From assembly GCF_009914755.1 (NCBI RefSeq), contig NC_060925.1: a stretch of 64,000 bases of DNA. One strand, written 5' to 3'. A program made the translations under genes and the position numbers. How positions within the stretch are numbered: the stretch's first letter is position 1; each line of letters opens with the position of its first letter. This DNA is from the human T2T-CHM13v2.0 reference genome, Homo sapiens. Positions 25,565 through 38,430 of the stretch are shown here, one piece after another. A model generated the notes under the pieces. It was not told where the DNA came from. It made no database searches and was given only the letters and a program-made list of their open reading frames with translations.

Positions 25565-25862
25565 AAAGGAAAAAAGAGAGGGAGGGAGAGAGGGAAGAAG
25601 GGAGGGAAGGAGAAAGGAAGGAAGAAGTAAGGAAAGGAGATGAGGAAGGAGGGAAGGGAGAAGGAAGGAAAGGAGGGAGAAAGCGAGGTAGGAAGGAAGG
25701 AGGGAAGGAGAAAGGAAGGAAGAAGTAAGGAAGGGAGGTGAGGAAGGAGGGAAGGGAGAAGGAAGGAAAGGAGGGAAGAAGTGAGGGAGGAAGGGAGGAG
25801 GGAAGGGGGAGGAAGAAGGGAAGGAAGGAAGAGAGAGGGAGGCAGGGAAGGAAGGAAGGAAA
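25565..25862. repeat. Polypurine (GA-rich) tract with a 98-bp internal tandem duplication
   Basis: Almost pure A/G; unit starts at 25601 and 25699 (gtaa at 25627 and 25725). Confidence 0.9.
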
Positions 25863-25869
25863 TTATTCT

Positions 25870-26200
25870 AATTGTTCAAAGCATTTTCAAATACCTTTCC
25901 ACCTCTGACCTTCACAAGCAGCCTAAGTGTTGTGGTGGGTATGATTACCTAGGATAGGAACACTGAGTCTCAGAAAGGGATGAATGGAAGCTGGGTCAGA
26001 GGGCAGTGGGAAGAGCTTGGGATTGAGAATCAGACTATTTGGTTTGAGCCCTGGGTCTCTAATTTTCTGGGTGTGAATTCTTTGCTGAACTAGGAACTTC
26101 TCTGAGCCTTTGCTTCATATCTGTAAAACCTCCCAGAGTTGTGGGTGAGGCAATGTGTGAAGATGATTCACATACTATACAAGGCTAGACAAATAAAAGG
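25870..26200. mobile_element. Divergent MIR pair
   Basis: gataggaacactgagtctcagaaagg (minus); agactatttggtttgagccctgg...ctctgagcct...atctgtaaaa (plus). Confidence 0.65.
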
Positions 26201-26439
26201 GATATAGGGCCACTTTTCAGCACTCACTCTGCCATTTTTAGTAGTTTTGGTTGACTTATTGACATCTGCCTAACTCTACTACCTTATATACCCAAGTCAA
26301 CAAAAGGCTGAGTAGGCTCTTCCCACAGTGAGAAAGTTGCTTCTTGGATTTTCAGAGTTGTCAAGGTAGGTCCAGAAAATGCCTGGAGACAACCTAGTCC
26401 AATCTTTGATCTCCTGCTACTGTCACCCACTACAGGCTT

Positions 26440-26750
26440 CCCTGACAAGAGGACACAGGCTTCATGCACCAGCAGCAGCTCACTCCAATCCAGCTAGCCC
26501 ATTCCATCCTTGGAACACTCTGGATGCCAGAAACTTCTTTCTTTGAACAGAAATCTTTCTCTCTATAATTTTTTCATATTGGCTTTGGGACCAGAAAAGG
26601 CCATGCTCATTCCCACGTAACAGCTCTTTTAAAATGAAGGCAGCTCTTTTGTCCATCTGAATTGCTTCTCTTCCAGGCCACGCTTCTCTTGTCCCTCAGC
26701 TGTTCTTTATTAGAGAGGCTTTGAGGACTTTTATTACTCTGAGAGCCTCA
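26440..26750 (-). mobile_element. L3/CR1 3' fragment
   Basis: cccattccatc...agaaacttctttct...gaaatct...aacagctcttttaaaatgaaggcagct...cttctcttccaggc. Confidence 0.65.
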
Positions 26751-27284
26751 TCAGAATGTTTCTCTCTGCTGCTATTTCTCATTGGAGTCTATGACAAACC
26801 ACTCGACTGCCTCATGACTACATTGACACCATAGCAATCCATCATACATCTCAAACAATAATCACAGGTAACAGAGGTCCATATGTCCAGATAAGAAAAT
26901 CAAGGCTCTGTGAGATGGGGGTTGCTTGCCCTAATTCATATCGATGGTAAATAGAAGCACAGCGACTAACCCACAGCTGCCTGACTTCTAGAGCCCCCGT
27001 GTTTTCTATTGCTAAAGATACCCACGCTTGCTCCATTTAAGCCATGGACAAAGAGAACTGAGGGGTGCACTGATTGCTTTCCTCGATTCAAAGCAGTCTC
27101 CTCAATGAAAATATAGGATTAGACAAGTTTCTAATCATTGATGGTGTCTTTCCCATAAGAAGCACTTGAAAAACAATAAATATTCTTAGCATCATGATTA
27201 TTTAGTGCTTTATGAAACTTGTGAATTGCTTTTCCCAGTCATTCTGAGATTTTCAGATAGTGAGGTTTTGGGAATCATATAGAC

Positions 27285-27512
27285 TGGTGCTCCTCCAAGT
27301 GAGGTCTGCATACTGGTGTCAGTTTACAAATCATCATGGGTCCCTGCTGAGATAAGTACAGAAGTTGAGAATGAATGTTGAGACATTTTATAGCAATTTG
27401 GCATCACCATGGCATCCAAGCATGTAATTTTGTGTTTTACAAAAAGCATCAGTTGGCCACAGATTGAAAATAAAAACCTGGTCCTTTACCATAGGCATTT
27501 TGAGAAGCACTG
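27285..27512. mobile_element. MER106-like hAT-Charlie element with 8-bp TSD
   Basis: gagataagtacagaagttgaga...ttttatagcaatttg...tttgagaagcactg; flanks atatagac/atgcagac. Confidence 0.7.
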
Positions 27513-28069
27513 ATGCAGACCATTCTCTAATGATTGACTGGTTCTGTTTCATTTGCATAAGAATTTGGACTTCACTTGGATAATAGGATCTGTTCAGCTA
27601 GGTTTGGAAAACAATAGTCACATTGACTGTGTGCTGTATGCTCTACCAGGGGCTGTGAGGGCACTGTAGGGATAAGCAAGGCATTGGATCTTCCCACGGC
27701 ACTCAGCACAAGAGTGTGCCCAGAGTAGATGCTTAGGAAATGTTAAAATTGAATTGGTTTGACTTGAACTTGCACTTGCAATTCTGAAGGCTATCTAATG
27801 TTAGATGTCTACAGGAATCTTTAGGCTTGGTCAAGAATGTCTGAACACATGGCCTATGGTTATGGGTTGTAAGCAATATAAGAGTAAGACCCTGTGCACA
27901 ACTCCATGTGCTCTAAAAAAAAAAGGAAAGATGGACTGAGATCTTTGGTAATTTGTCTGCATTATTTAGCTGTGTATTTACTTGGCTTTTTTGTTTGTTT
28001 GTTTCTTTTTCATCCATGTAGTCTTATTTTGCCAACTGGACTGCTTACTTTTTGAGGAAAGGCTATATC

Positions 28070-28244
28070 ATAGACCACATGTCTTCACATTCAAAAACAT
28101 ACTTTTTCAAATTTAATTTTTCTGAAATCAATAAGGATCTTATAAGTGATATGTTCATATGATGTTATCTCCCCCAAGCCTAAAAATGATCAAATCAGTG
28201 GTGCTTTTTACATTTAAAGGCATCTTAGAATTTAACAAATACTG
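28070..28244. mobile_element. MER104-like TcMar-Tc2 element
   Basis: tctgaaatca...tcttataa...ggcatcttagaatttaacaaatactg. Confidence 0.55.
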
Positions 28245-28429
28245 CAAGTCCATGATACTCAAATTGCTTTCAGCACTCTATTGGGCTCATATAGCATGTT
28301 CCATAAATACCCTCTGGTTGAATTATCACCTTTAGTTTTTAGAAACATAAGTTGAACTCACTGAGGGGCAGAAGTATTAAGTGGAAATGAAAACCTTTTG
28401 TCTACAGTTGAAACAAATGTTTGCTTAGT

Positions 28430-28580
28430 AATTTATCCCTAACATTAATCCTTCCCAGTTGGTAGCTTTATCCTATCTTACAGATGAGAAAACTTAGGCT
28501 CAGAGGTAGAGGCTGTTGTTTGACCAGGATCAACAACTGGTTAGTTGCTGAACTGAGAGTACATGCTCTTTCTACCACAG
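28430..28580 (-). mobile_element. MIR
   Basis: ttacagatgagaaaacttaggctcagaggt. Confidence 0.75.
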
Positions 28581-30389
28581 CAAACTGGTAATCTGTGTTC
28601 ATTGCAAAACCCAGTTTAAAAGTTATTCTTACAGAAGGCTTCTTTGATTCTTCTATCCAGATAATGGTGATTTTTGTCTTTTTTATGCCTCCCTCACACT
28701 CTACCTGTGTCAAGCTAATGGCCTTAATACTTTATGCCTTAAATTATGGTATTTTAGGCATGTCTTGGTTCCCACCATTAGATCCCAGTTCCTTGGGAGG
28801 CAACTAAGGAACCAATTGCTACAAAGAGATGTTGACAACTTGCCCCAGATCTTAAGATATTTCCCTTGTGAAACCTAATTTAGGCTTTGACTATGTGTAT
28901 ATGTGGTCCATTTGTGATGGTAAGGGGGTGGTTCTGGTCCCAACTAAGGTCCTATCAGCCTATATGTTCTGGAGCAATTTACTTTAAAATTCATCCTACC
29001 TTAATGTGATTGTTTCCTATGTAAAGAAGTAATGTGGATGTCACACAAGTAATGAGGATTTGGGTTGTAATTATAATGGGATACAAATTTCCTCTGAGTA
29101 CAATGGAATATTATTGCTAACAGTAATAAAAGCCAACATTTCTATAGCATTGTATAACATGAAAATATTTTCTTGTCTATTATGTTGTTTCATTCTCATA
29201 ACAACTCTATAAGGTAGGTAACCTCATGCTCATTTGCTATAAAAGGATACTGAGGCTGAGTCACCCGTGGCTCCCACTTATAGCCAGAAAGTGGCAGAGC
29301 CAAAACTAGCATGCAATCATCCATCTTCATAACCATGCTGTGTTTAACAATACGATGAATGTTATCATGGCCACTTTGTTATTTTCCTAACACTGCTCTC
29401 TCTGATGTAAACTCATTATAGCAATGAACACCTTGGTGGCCAAGTATTTGAAAAAATCTGTTGTGGAGCTAGAGCTTTCCAGCTGACATCTCAGGTGGGT
29501 TATTAGGATTAATAGGCAGGCAGCAGACATTATCAATCATGTTTGCCCTGGAGGTAAACTGAACCACAAAGATGAAGGGAATTAGCCAAGAATGATGAGG
29601 CCTATTTCTCTGACTGTTAGGCAGACATCTTATTTCCTCATGGAGCAAGTGAATGTAGCCTTGGATAGGAGGTAAGTCACATGTTCTGATCCTGGTCTTA
29701 ATACCTGCTAGAGGTACAATCCAGCACAGACCCTGAACATGCTCCATGTGAATGCTATCTCTGAACCATGTATAGGATCCTGGTCACTGACCTTGCTGCT
29801 AATGATGAGCCCAAATGAGATGTGTTACATTTGTCCAACACATAGAATATACTTTTGGGGTGTGGACTATCTCTGGGTTCCTGGCTATTCTCAGCTCCTG
29901 ACTACTTCCTAACCTGGGTTCCCAGGTCTTTATCACTTGCTAGGGAAATTGGTCTCTACAAATGGTTCCCTATGGCACAAAGTTCCCATTAATGGGACTA
30001 AATCAACTGGGTGTGGACCTGTTTTGCCAACAAAATTCCCTTGAGAACCCAGGGGAGCTTATGTCTTTTTTTGTGACGGTTCAATTTAGCTGTGTAATGG
30101 GAAGCACTCAATTTCACTCTTCAAAGCCTGCTAGGTGTCTGCTTTCTTTGTGAAGGCTCTGTTAGCCCCTTTAGATAGAGTTCAGCATTCGGTGCAGCTA
30201 CTGTTTTGTGTACTCACCTTCATTGTTTTACTCATCTTATGGGATGGTGGAACTTGGGTATGTGTCAGTCTTTCCCACTAAATTATGAGCTCCTAAGGCC
30301 AAGAGCTATGGAGTCCCCAGGGCCTACCAAGGAGGTTGTACAGAGTAGGAGTTAGGATGGATGGAAGGATGGATAAACAAATAATAGAA

Positions 30390-30570
30390 TGATTTAGGAT
30401 TGGAAGACTTGGGTTTGAGCCCCACCTGGCCAATTCACCAGCTGTGTGACTCAGTCACATCAGAACTTACCTGGGTCAAACTTCCCTTTCAGGTAAAATG
30501 AAGAAAATAATGCTTTTCTATCATCGTCAAATGTAGTATGTGTGGAAATGCTGTGAAACAGTAAAGTTAC
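30390..30570 (+). mobile_element. MIR
   Basis: gaagacttgggtttgagccc...accagctgtgtgac...gtaaaatgaag. Confidence 0.7.
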
Positions 30571-30867
30571 ATAACACAAACCACAGTTTTATATTTCCAG
30601 GACATATATGAGCAAGCGCTATATATTAATAACTGGCACAGTTTTAGGTGATTCAATGGAGAAGGAGGCAAGTCTCAAAATGGCAGTCCAGGGTGTGTCC
30701 ATGTCCTACCTCTTGATTTTGATGAAAATGTGAGAGCAAAGGGAATGGTCATCACTGATTATCTTAGAATAAAGTATTTAGTCTGTTTGTCTGTCTCATG
30801 CTTGATGCCACTTGACAATGTCCACAGCAGTGTTTCCTCCAGTTCCTGTCTCCTGTGATGGGAAACT

Positions 30868-31015
30868 CAGGACCAGGCCAGGGCCACCGTGCAGGCACAC
30901 ACCCGCATTTGGTATAATGCCCTGCTGCCGCCATCTTGAAGTGGTTCATCATTTAAACCAGGAGTGCCACAGTTAGATTTTGCACTGGTTCCCGCAAATT
31001 ATATCCTGGGCCCTG
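30868..31015 (-). mobile_element. MER91A-like hAT-Tip100 element
   Basis: gccgccatcttgaa...ttttgcactggttcccgcaaattat...ggccctg. Confidence 0.7.
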
Positions 31016-31244
31016 TTTGCATTCTCTGGAGACTGCTCTGCTTTTCTACTCATTGAGCAAACATCTTCATCCCTGTTGGCCATTCCGAAGGATGCTGCTT
31101 CTGAGGTTTAAACTGAGAGAAGGATCCCTCTTTCTGCCAATGAGCCTAAGATATTTAAACGCAGCTGTTGCTCTCCTCCCCTCCCCACCCATATCTCCTC
31201 TCTTCTCTTTTCTCTATTAATTTGTGATGTCATCATTGTTATAC

Positions 31245-31322
31245 ATTATTACATATATAATTACATATATTATTATGTATTATTACATAAATAATTACAT
31301 ATATTATTATGTATTATTACAT
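31245..31322. repeat. AT-rich 34-bp tandem repeat, about 2.3 copies
   Basis: attattacata(t/a)ataattacatatattattatgt starting at 31245, 31279 and 31313 (partial). Confidence 0.9.
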
Positions 31323-31519
31323 TCCATTTAAATGTAAAATGGGGCCCATTTTGGGGATGTACTATATTCCATTCACCTGCCTGTGTTTTCTTGTATTTGG
31401 CATTATGTGATTTTAATAATTGTAGTCTTTTGATATGTCCAAAATTTGTCAACAGTAGTTCTTCATTATTATTTGTTCGAGTTTGTATTTCTCCTGTCTG
31501 TAGTCATCAAGATGATATT

Positions 31520-32760
31520 AAGAATCACTGGATTCCTGGGATAAACCCTACTTAGTCATGGTGGATTATTCTTTTTAATATACTGTGGAATTCAAATCAC
31601 TATCATTTTATTTAGCATTTTCACAAACGTATTAATATGTGAAGCTGAACTATGAATACTTTTTTGGTATTATCTGTCAGATTTTAATATAAGGATTTAT
31701 GATAGCTTTATAAAAAATGAGATAACTTTTCATATTTCTCTGTTGTTGAACACTTTAGGCAGCATAGTAATCTCTTCCCTTAAAGTATTAGAGAATTCAC
31801 CATATAAGGCCTGGAGGTTGCAAGGCTGAAGGAGAGGGTAATCCTGAAGATAATTTTCTTAAATTGTGCTGTGGTTATTGATATGTGTGTGTGTCTGTGC
31901 GTGTATGTGTGTGTGTGTGTGCCTATTTCTTGTTGAACCAATTAATTAATTTTTTTCCAGAAATTATCCAAATTAATAAAAAAATTTCAGAAGCATAACC
32001 ATATAGCTATGTATAACATTCTTTGGACATTTGTATCTTCTATATGTATTATATTTTTCCTGCATTTTTAATTTGTTTCCCTTTTCTTGAATAGATTTGT
32101 CACAGGTTTATAAGGATAATTTATTTTTACCCCAGAGAAACAGTCTTTAGATTTATTAATACATGTGAAGTCACTATATACTCTATTCCTGCTTTCAAAA
32201 TAATTAACTTTAGTCTTTATAGTTTCTTTTCTACTACCCATCACTCTTTCTTTGGTGTGGATGGCTTATTTAAAAATGCTTTTTAGTTAAAATATCATTA
32301 ATTCCATTTTCTTATTTAAAATGAATAAATTAAGTAAAGCATAAATAAAATCTGAAATCTTCATTTTTTTCCATTTTTCAAAATTGTTTGCAGTGTTTTA
32401 ATTTTAATGAGTTCATTACTGACATGTCCTCACTTGGGATCACAAATTTTATTATTATAAAGTGATTATTGTTATCTTTTTCCTTTTGAAATCTGCTTTG
32501 TCTAATATTTAACTAATCTTGCTTTCTCTTTAAAATTATCTAACTAATAAGGTTGCATCCTCATTATTTTAAACTTTCTGTGACATTTCATGGGCCTGTC
32601 TTTTATATAGACAAACTGCTGGTTCTGTTTTAAACCTAGCGCAGGACTTTCTATCCTTTACAAGCTCATTTCTGTTTATCTATCTATGTTTTACAGCTCC
32701 CTTGCCATCCTGGTTAATAGTGGATTTATAAGAGGTTCATTTCTTTTAAAACTTTAACTT
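31520..32760 (-). mobile_element. Old L1M ORF2-region fragment
   Basis: attcctgggataaaccctacttagtcatggtggattattcttttt...ttagagaattcacca; T-rich antisense L1. Confidence 0.7.
31884..31921. repeat. Interrupted (TG)n microsatellite
   Basis: tgtgtgtgtgtctgtgcgtgtatgtgtgtgtgtgtgtg. Confidence 0.9.
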
Positions 32761-33353
32761 TTGTGGAACCTCATTTTATTACCTATAACCCCCCATACAC
32801 TTTTCCCTCCATTTCTAAATGTCTGTTTCCCCAAGGAAACCAGGAAGTTGAGGCAGGAGCAATTCAATGATACGCCTCCATAAGGATAGTACTTTTCAAA
32901 TTTATTTACGTAGGAAACCTAGGAAAAATAGTATTAACATATTGATGAAATACCAAAAGGAACCTACAAATATAATGTACATTTGGATTAAAAGAGGAAT
33001 GAAAAGTATGTCTGATTTAATTGTTGCAAGAAATGATCACAGTGATTCATATGTTTAATGCACAACAAACACGGATTAATATCAGAAATACATGGTGCTC
33101 TTATAAGAAATATATATATAACATAGACTGACAATCATCCAAAAGGCAATATAAATGAGTTGTTTAGAGCCGCCTATGTATCATTTTATAGCAGAATGTT
33201 CCAGGTTTGTAAATCAGGAATCTCTCATAAGACCACCAGGCATTCTAATTTAAGGTGTGCCATTTCTCATCCTTTTTTTTTTTTTAAACCACAGCACTAT
33301 GCATCCTATGCTGTAATAATAAGGAATACACACATGCACGTACTTCTTATGTA

Positions 33354-33762
33354 CAGTTGACCCTTGAACCACATGGAAGTGAGGAACACTGACTCCCCTG
33401 CACAGTTGAACATCCATGTATAACTTTTAACTCCCCAAAAATGTAACTGCTGATAGCCTACTAGTGACCAGAAGCCTTACTGATAACATAGTCAACACAT
33501 ATTTTTGTTATACGTATTATATACTATATTCATATAATAAAGTAAAATAAAAGAATTTCCTTAAGAAAATTATAACGAAAATATATTTACTATTAAGTGG
33601 AAGTAAATCATCGTAAAGAACTTCATCCTTGTCATCTTCACATTGAGCAGGCTGAGGAGGAAGAGGACGAAGAATGGTTGGTCTTGGTCTTGCTGTCTCA
33701 GGAGTGGCAGAGGCAGAAGCAGACCCATGCAGTTCAGATCCGTGTTGTTCAAGGGTTAACTG
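33354..33762. mobile_element. Tigger2a (MER28-type) with TIRs and TA TSD
   Basis: ta-cagttgacccttgaaccacatgga ... tccgtgttgttcaagggttaactg-ta. Confidence 0.9.
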
Positions 33763-34419
33763 TATATGCATTAAATTATATTTTAGCAAAGTATCTCAAA
33801 ATTATTTTTTACTCTTTATTTTTAATTATTCAGGACAAAGGCTACCTCAAGGATTGCTAGCATTTCACAAAATATGATTGGGAAAATTTGCCTTAGGAGC
33901 AACTGGGTTATAATAGTTCTGAGAAAGATAAGACCATGATATACTGATAAACATTATGGAAAGATGACATTATTCATCTTTCAGTCATTTTTTTACACAA
34001 CAAACACTTAGGAGGCATGGATTCTGGATCGGACATTCTGCTCACCTACAGTTGGAGCTGGCAGTGAAGTGACTGAGTCTGGGAGAGGTGACAAACAACA
34101 GATCTTTGGGCCTTAGATATACCACGTCACTTAAGGCTCACAGAATTCCTATTTTGGAGATGGAGAAGCTGAGCCACAGTGAGATTGAGAGACTCATCCA
34201 GAGTCACACTGCTTCAAAAACTATAAAACATGGGTCAAAGGTTAGCCTTTGTCCTCTCTCTGTCTTCCATCATGGTAGCAGTATGGCCCCATGCCTCTCT
34301 TTCTTGGGGAAGCCAAACCCTTCATCTTTACTGCCCCAACTGTTCAAGGATGGTCTGGCCTACATATCTCTCTTAAGCCTCCTTCCTGTTGGCTAGTGCC
34401 ATGGTGACCACCACCCCAA

Positions 34420-34690
34420 AAGCCCAGGACCTCTGGGTTTTCACTCTACAGCTATGTGGCTTTGAGAAAGTCACTTACCACCCTGGTTCTGAGTAACTTC
34501 ATTATAAAATAGGAATGATAATAACCTGGGTTCAAATCTTGATTTGGCCACCTGCCAGCTTTGTCTTCTTAGGCTTCAGTTTCCTTGTCTGTGACATGGA
34601 GCTAAACTGTACTGGATGAATGGAATGTGCAAAGGTATATGAAAGTGCCTTGCTAAAATCCTAGTGCGTGGTTGGCACTCATTAACTGTG
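34420..34690 (+). mobile_element. MIR fragments
   Basis: cctgggttcaaatcttg...ttcagtttccttgtctgt...ggcactcattaa. Confidence 0.7.
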
Positions 34691-35361
34691 CTGTATTTCT
34701 CCCATGTTTTAGATGACTGGGCCTTCAGAGAACTTGCCGCAATTTTCAGGAAATGTGTGAGCTAAGGGTATCTCTGTTTTCACTTGCTTCTGATTTTGTC
34801 CCTTCTCTAATTGCTCCACTCTAGGTGTCTTTGTTTCTTATCTTCATTGTAGGCCTAAGCACTGACCAGGCAAGGCAGAGAGTGAAGCCATAAAGAGAAG
34901 TCAGCAAGGCAGTTGGGCCCCCGGGAGGAAGGGGGTGGGCAGGTCTCATTCTATTTGTACAGGTGCATTGTAATGCTGCCTGTGGTGTGAACATTTTCCA
35001 CTTCATTACTCCTGGCCCTGGCCCAGGCCCTGTCTGCTCCCCTGGCCCCTGCCTTGGTTTAATTTCAGCAGTTCCTGGCCTTTGGAAGGCAGCAGTCACA
35101 GAAAGGAAAATAAATGAGGTCGCCATAAACATCTCTGCACATTGCCCAGCCAGGGCAGATGGGTATGATTGTGGAGCAGGAAGGGGGCCATTTGGCTGGG
35201 GCTGCTGGTACCCCCATCAAAGTAACTCAGTTCCCAAGGGCTTCTGTCTGCTGAGCCCAACCTTTCTAGTTGGAGTTGGCTTTGGTTTAATGTGTAAGAG
35301 TAGGCCAAAACAGATACCCATGGGTCCCAGGGTGGTGCAGTCTATGAGTTGGTTGAACTGA

Positions 35362-35570
35362 ATAAATAATAGCCACCATTTACTGAGCACTTACTATATG
35401 CCAGATGCTGTTCTAAGCACTTTAAATGAAGTTTAGATTGTGGTCTATCCTATTATTATTCTTATTTTACAGATGAGGGAACTGAGGCACATAGTCTGGT
35501 TCGTAAGCAGCAGAGCAAGATATTGTCCCCAGCAGTCTGACCTCAGCATCTGCATATTGAAGTACTATGC
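35362..35570 (-). mobile_element. MIR
   Basis: aataataatagccaccatttactgagcacttactatatgccag...acagatgagggaactgaggcaca. Confidence 0.85.
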
Positions 35571-35649
35571 CAGCATTGCCTCTTGACATAACACTTGTAT
35601 GTGTTCATATTTGGATGATGAGAAACCCTGAAGTATCAATTATACACCT

Positions 35650-35830
35650 ATAGAATTATATAATTTGGACTCGTTGAATCCCAGGATTGGATTGGTCCAT
35701 AAGTTAATAAAGCCCAATGACCATTACGTGCTGGGATTTCCCCATAGATATTATCCAGCTTTTGCTTATGTAACTCCATTGATGGAAAGCTCACTGCTAT
35801 ATGGGGCATCCCCTTTCATCACATGACAAT
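35650..35830 (-). mobile_element. L3/CR1 3' terminal fragment
   Basis: atccagctttttgctt...ctccattgatggaaagctcactgct...ggcatcccctttcat. Confidence 0.55.
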
Positions 35831-36519
35831 TTAACCTTAATGGTGGTGCTGGTGACTTAGTGTGCAAAATGGAGTTTTTTCCTAATCATGTTGGTTATCT
35901 GTAAAAGAGATCACTCAAGTGACTGGCTAGTAGAGTACCTAGTACATTGTGGACACTCAATAAATGTTCATTCCCTTCCTTGTCTTCCTTTGTGTTTCAC
36001 AAATTAAAAAGAAAATAAATAGTTTCCTCACTCTACTATTGGGAAGATATGTTTCCAAAATAGTATCAGGCTCATGCCTCATTTGAAAGTAGAGAGGTTC
36101 AAAAGGGCAGGATGATCCAATTCTCACTTTCTTTCTTTTTATTCCTTCTTCTCCTTCCTTTCCCAAATGGTTTGTGAAGATGCATTTGCTAGGCATGGGG
36201 CTGCAGGACAGGAACAGAACACAGTCCCTCCCTGTGGGGAGTTCATATCTACCAGGGAAGCCTGCCACATAAATAACCTGCAATTAGGTGTATAACAATA
36301 CTGAGGGAACCCAGTAGGAAGAGTGGCTAACTCATTGTGTTCACTAAGGTAGGTTCTCCATGATCCATTGGGCAATATTTTGACACCTCCTGGTAAACTT
36401 ATGCTGTGTAATTAAAAGAAATGTTTGCATTTGAAAGCAGTTTAAAATTATCCCCAGATGTATGCTTTTATGAATAAAAGGCCATGTCATTTTAGTAGAA
36501 GACATTCTAGGGATTGAAA

Positions 36520-38430
36520 TTGATCCCATTCCTCTTATCTACTCCCGAGGATTGACCCTATACCAGGGCCCCCCTGCCTCATTAACTTCTCCTTCTCTGG
36601 TAGACCATTCCCATCAATGCAAAAACATGCTATGAAGCCAGCTATGTTTTAAAATGAAATTCTGTGTTGATCCCCATCCCCTCCTTGTTTCTCTGTTCCT
36701 CTTTCCAGATAAACTCCCCAAAGAGTTGGACCTGCTTGCACTCTCTGCTTTCTCTCCTCCTATTCTCTTGAACTTACTCGATCAGGCTTTTACCTTCACT
36801 TCACCCAAACAGATATTGTCAAGATCACTAAGGATCATTCTTTGCCAAATCCGGAAGTCAGTTCTCACTTGTCACCCTAACCAATGACTGATTTGACCCT
36901 TTGGGTCACTCTTTTCTTAAAACTCTTCATTCGACTTCCAGGACGGGAGTCTCTGGGTTTTCTTCCTACCTTAGCAAGCCCCTCCTTCATAGCTTTCTTG
37001 CCGGGTCCTCTTCCTCTTACTAACTCCATTCATTGTAGCACTCCAAGGACTGGTCCTCTTCTCTACCTCCATTTAATCCCTTGGGGATTTTGACTGAGGT
37101 CTATGACTTTAAATAACATGTAATCTGAAGAATGGCAAAAGAATCTCTTCAACTTGCCTCTTTCCACCTTCCCTGCCCTCTCCATGGGAGCTCCAGTATG
37201 CACCTCAAATGTAACATATTTAAGAGAAACATCCTGGCTGGGTGTGGTGTAACCCAGCACTTTGGGAGGCTGGAGCAAGCAGACCACCTGAGGTCACGAG
37301 TTTGAGAACAGCCTGGCCAACATGGCGAAACCCCATCTCTACTGAAAAAAAAAAAAAATAGCTGGACGTGGTGACGTGCCTGTAGTCCCAGCTGCTCGGG
37401 AGGCTGACGCAAGAGAATCGCTTGAACTTGGGAGGCGGAGGTTGGCAGTGAGCCGAGATCGCACCACTGCACTCCAGCCTAGGCAACAGAGCGAGACTCC
37501 ATCTCTATTAAAAAGAAGAAAAAGAAGAAAAAAGAAACATCTTGATTATCATTAACCTGCTCCTCTCTGAGATTTTTTCATCTCTGGACATAGCAACTTC
37601 ATTCTTCCAGTTACTTAGCCCTGGAGTCATCAGGGGCTCTTCCTGCTCACACCCCAACTTCAAACCATCAGCAGATCCTGAAGCCTTTTCCTGAGGAATA
37701 GATCCAGAATCTGACACTTCTCATCACTTCAGGCAGCCATGCTCCTTTCTTGCCTCAATGGTTGCAGTAGCCTCTTAACAATTGGTCTCCCTGTTTCCAT
37801 CCTTGCTGCCCTTCAGACTGTTGTTCATGTGGGAGTCAGCAGGATCTTTTTTAACCTGCTGAATCACACTGTGGCCACTGCTTTGCCCAAAGCCCTCCAA
37901 CGACTCCCATCTCACCTGGGGTAAAACCCAACATGAATTCCATGCCCTACAAGTTCCCCATGAACTGGACTACTCACTTCTCCTTGGCTTCCTCTCCTGC
38001 CAACCTCCCTATTCTGCTGCTGCTACAGCCATGCCTGCCTTCTGGCTGCTCTACAATGTGCCAACGTGTTCCCACCTCAGGGCCTCACGCCTTGCTCTTC
38101 CTCCTACCTGGACACTTTTCCACCATGGTATCCACAGGGCCAGCTCCTCACTTCTCCCCAGCCTCCTCAGAAAGTACTTCCCAGGCAATCTATATAAACT
38201 ATTAATAGTATCAAGCAATGCTATCATCTCTACTCTGCTGACTTTTTTCTCCACTGTGCTTATCACTTCTTAATGTAGTCTGCGTTTATGTGTTTGTTAG
38301 CAGTCTGCTTCCTTCCCCTAGAACTTGAACTATTTAATGCAAATTTGTTTTATTCACTGCCTTTGACCCCAGTGTCTAGAACAATGTTGGCACCTAGCAG
38401 CTACTCAAGAAATATTTACTGAAAGAATAA
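36520..38430 (+). mobile_element. Long L2 (about 1.6 kb excluding the Alu)
   Basis: Pyrimidine-rich L2 ORF2/3' sequence ending ccccagtgtctagaacaatgttggcacctagcagctactcaagaaatatttactgaa. Confidence 0.85.
37236..37532 (+). mobile_element. AluS (Sx/Sz-like)
   Basis: Dimer with small left-arm deletion; TSD agaaacatc(c/t)t. Confidence 0.92.
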
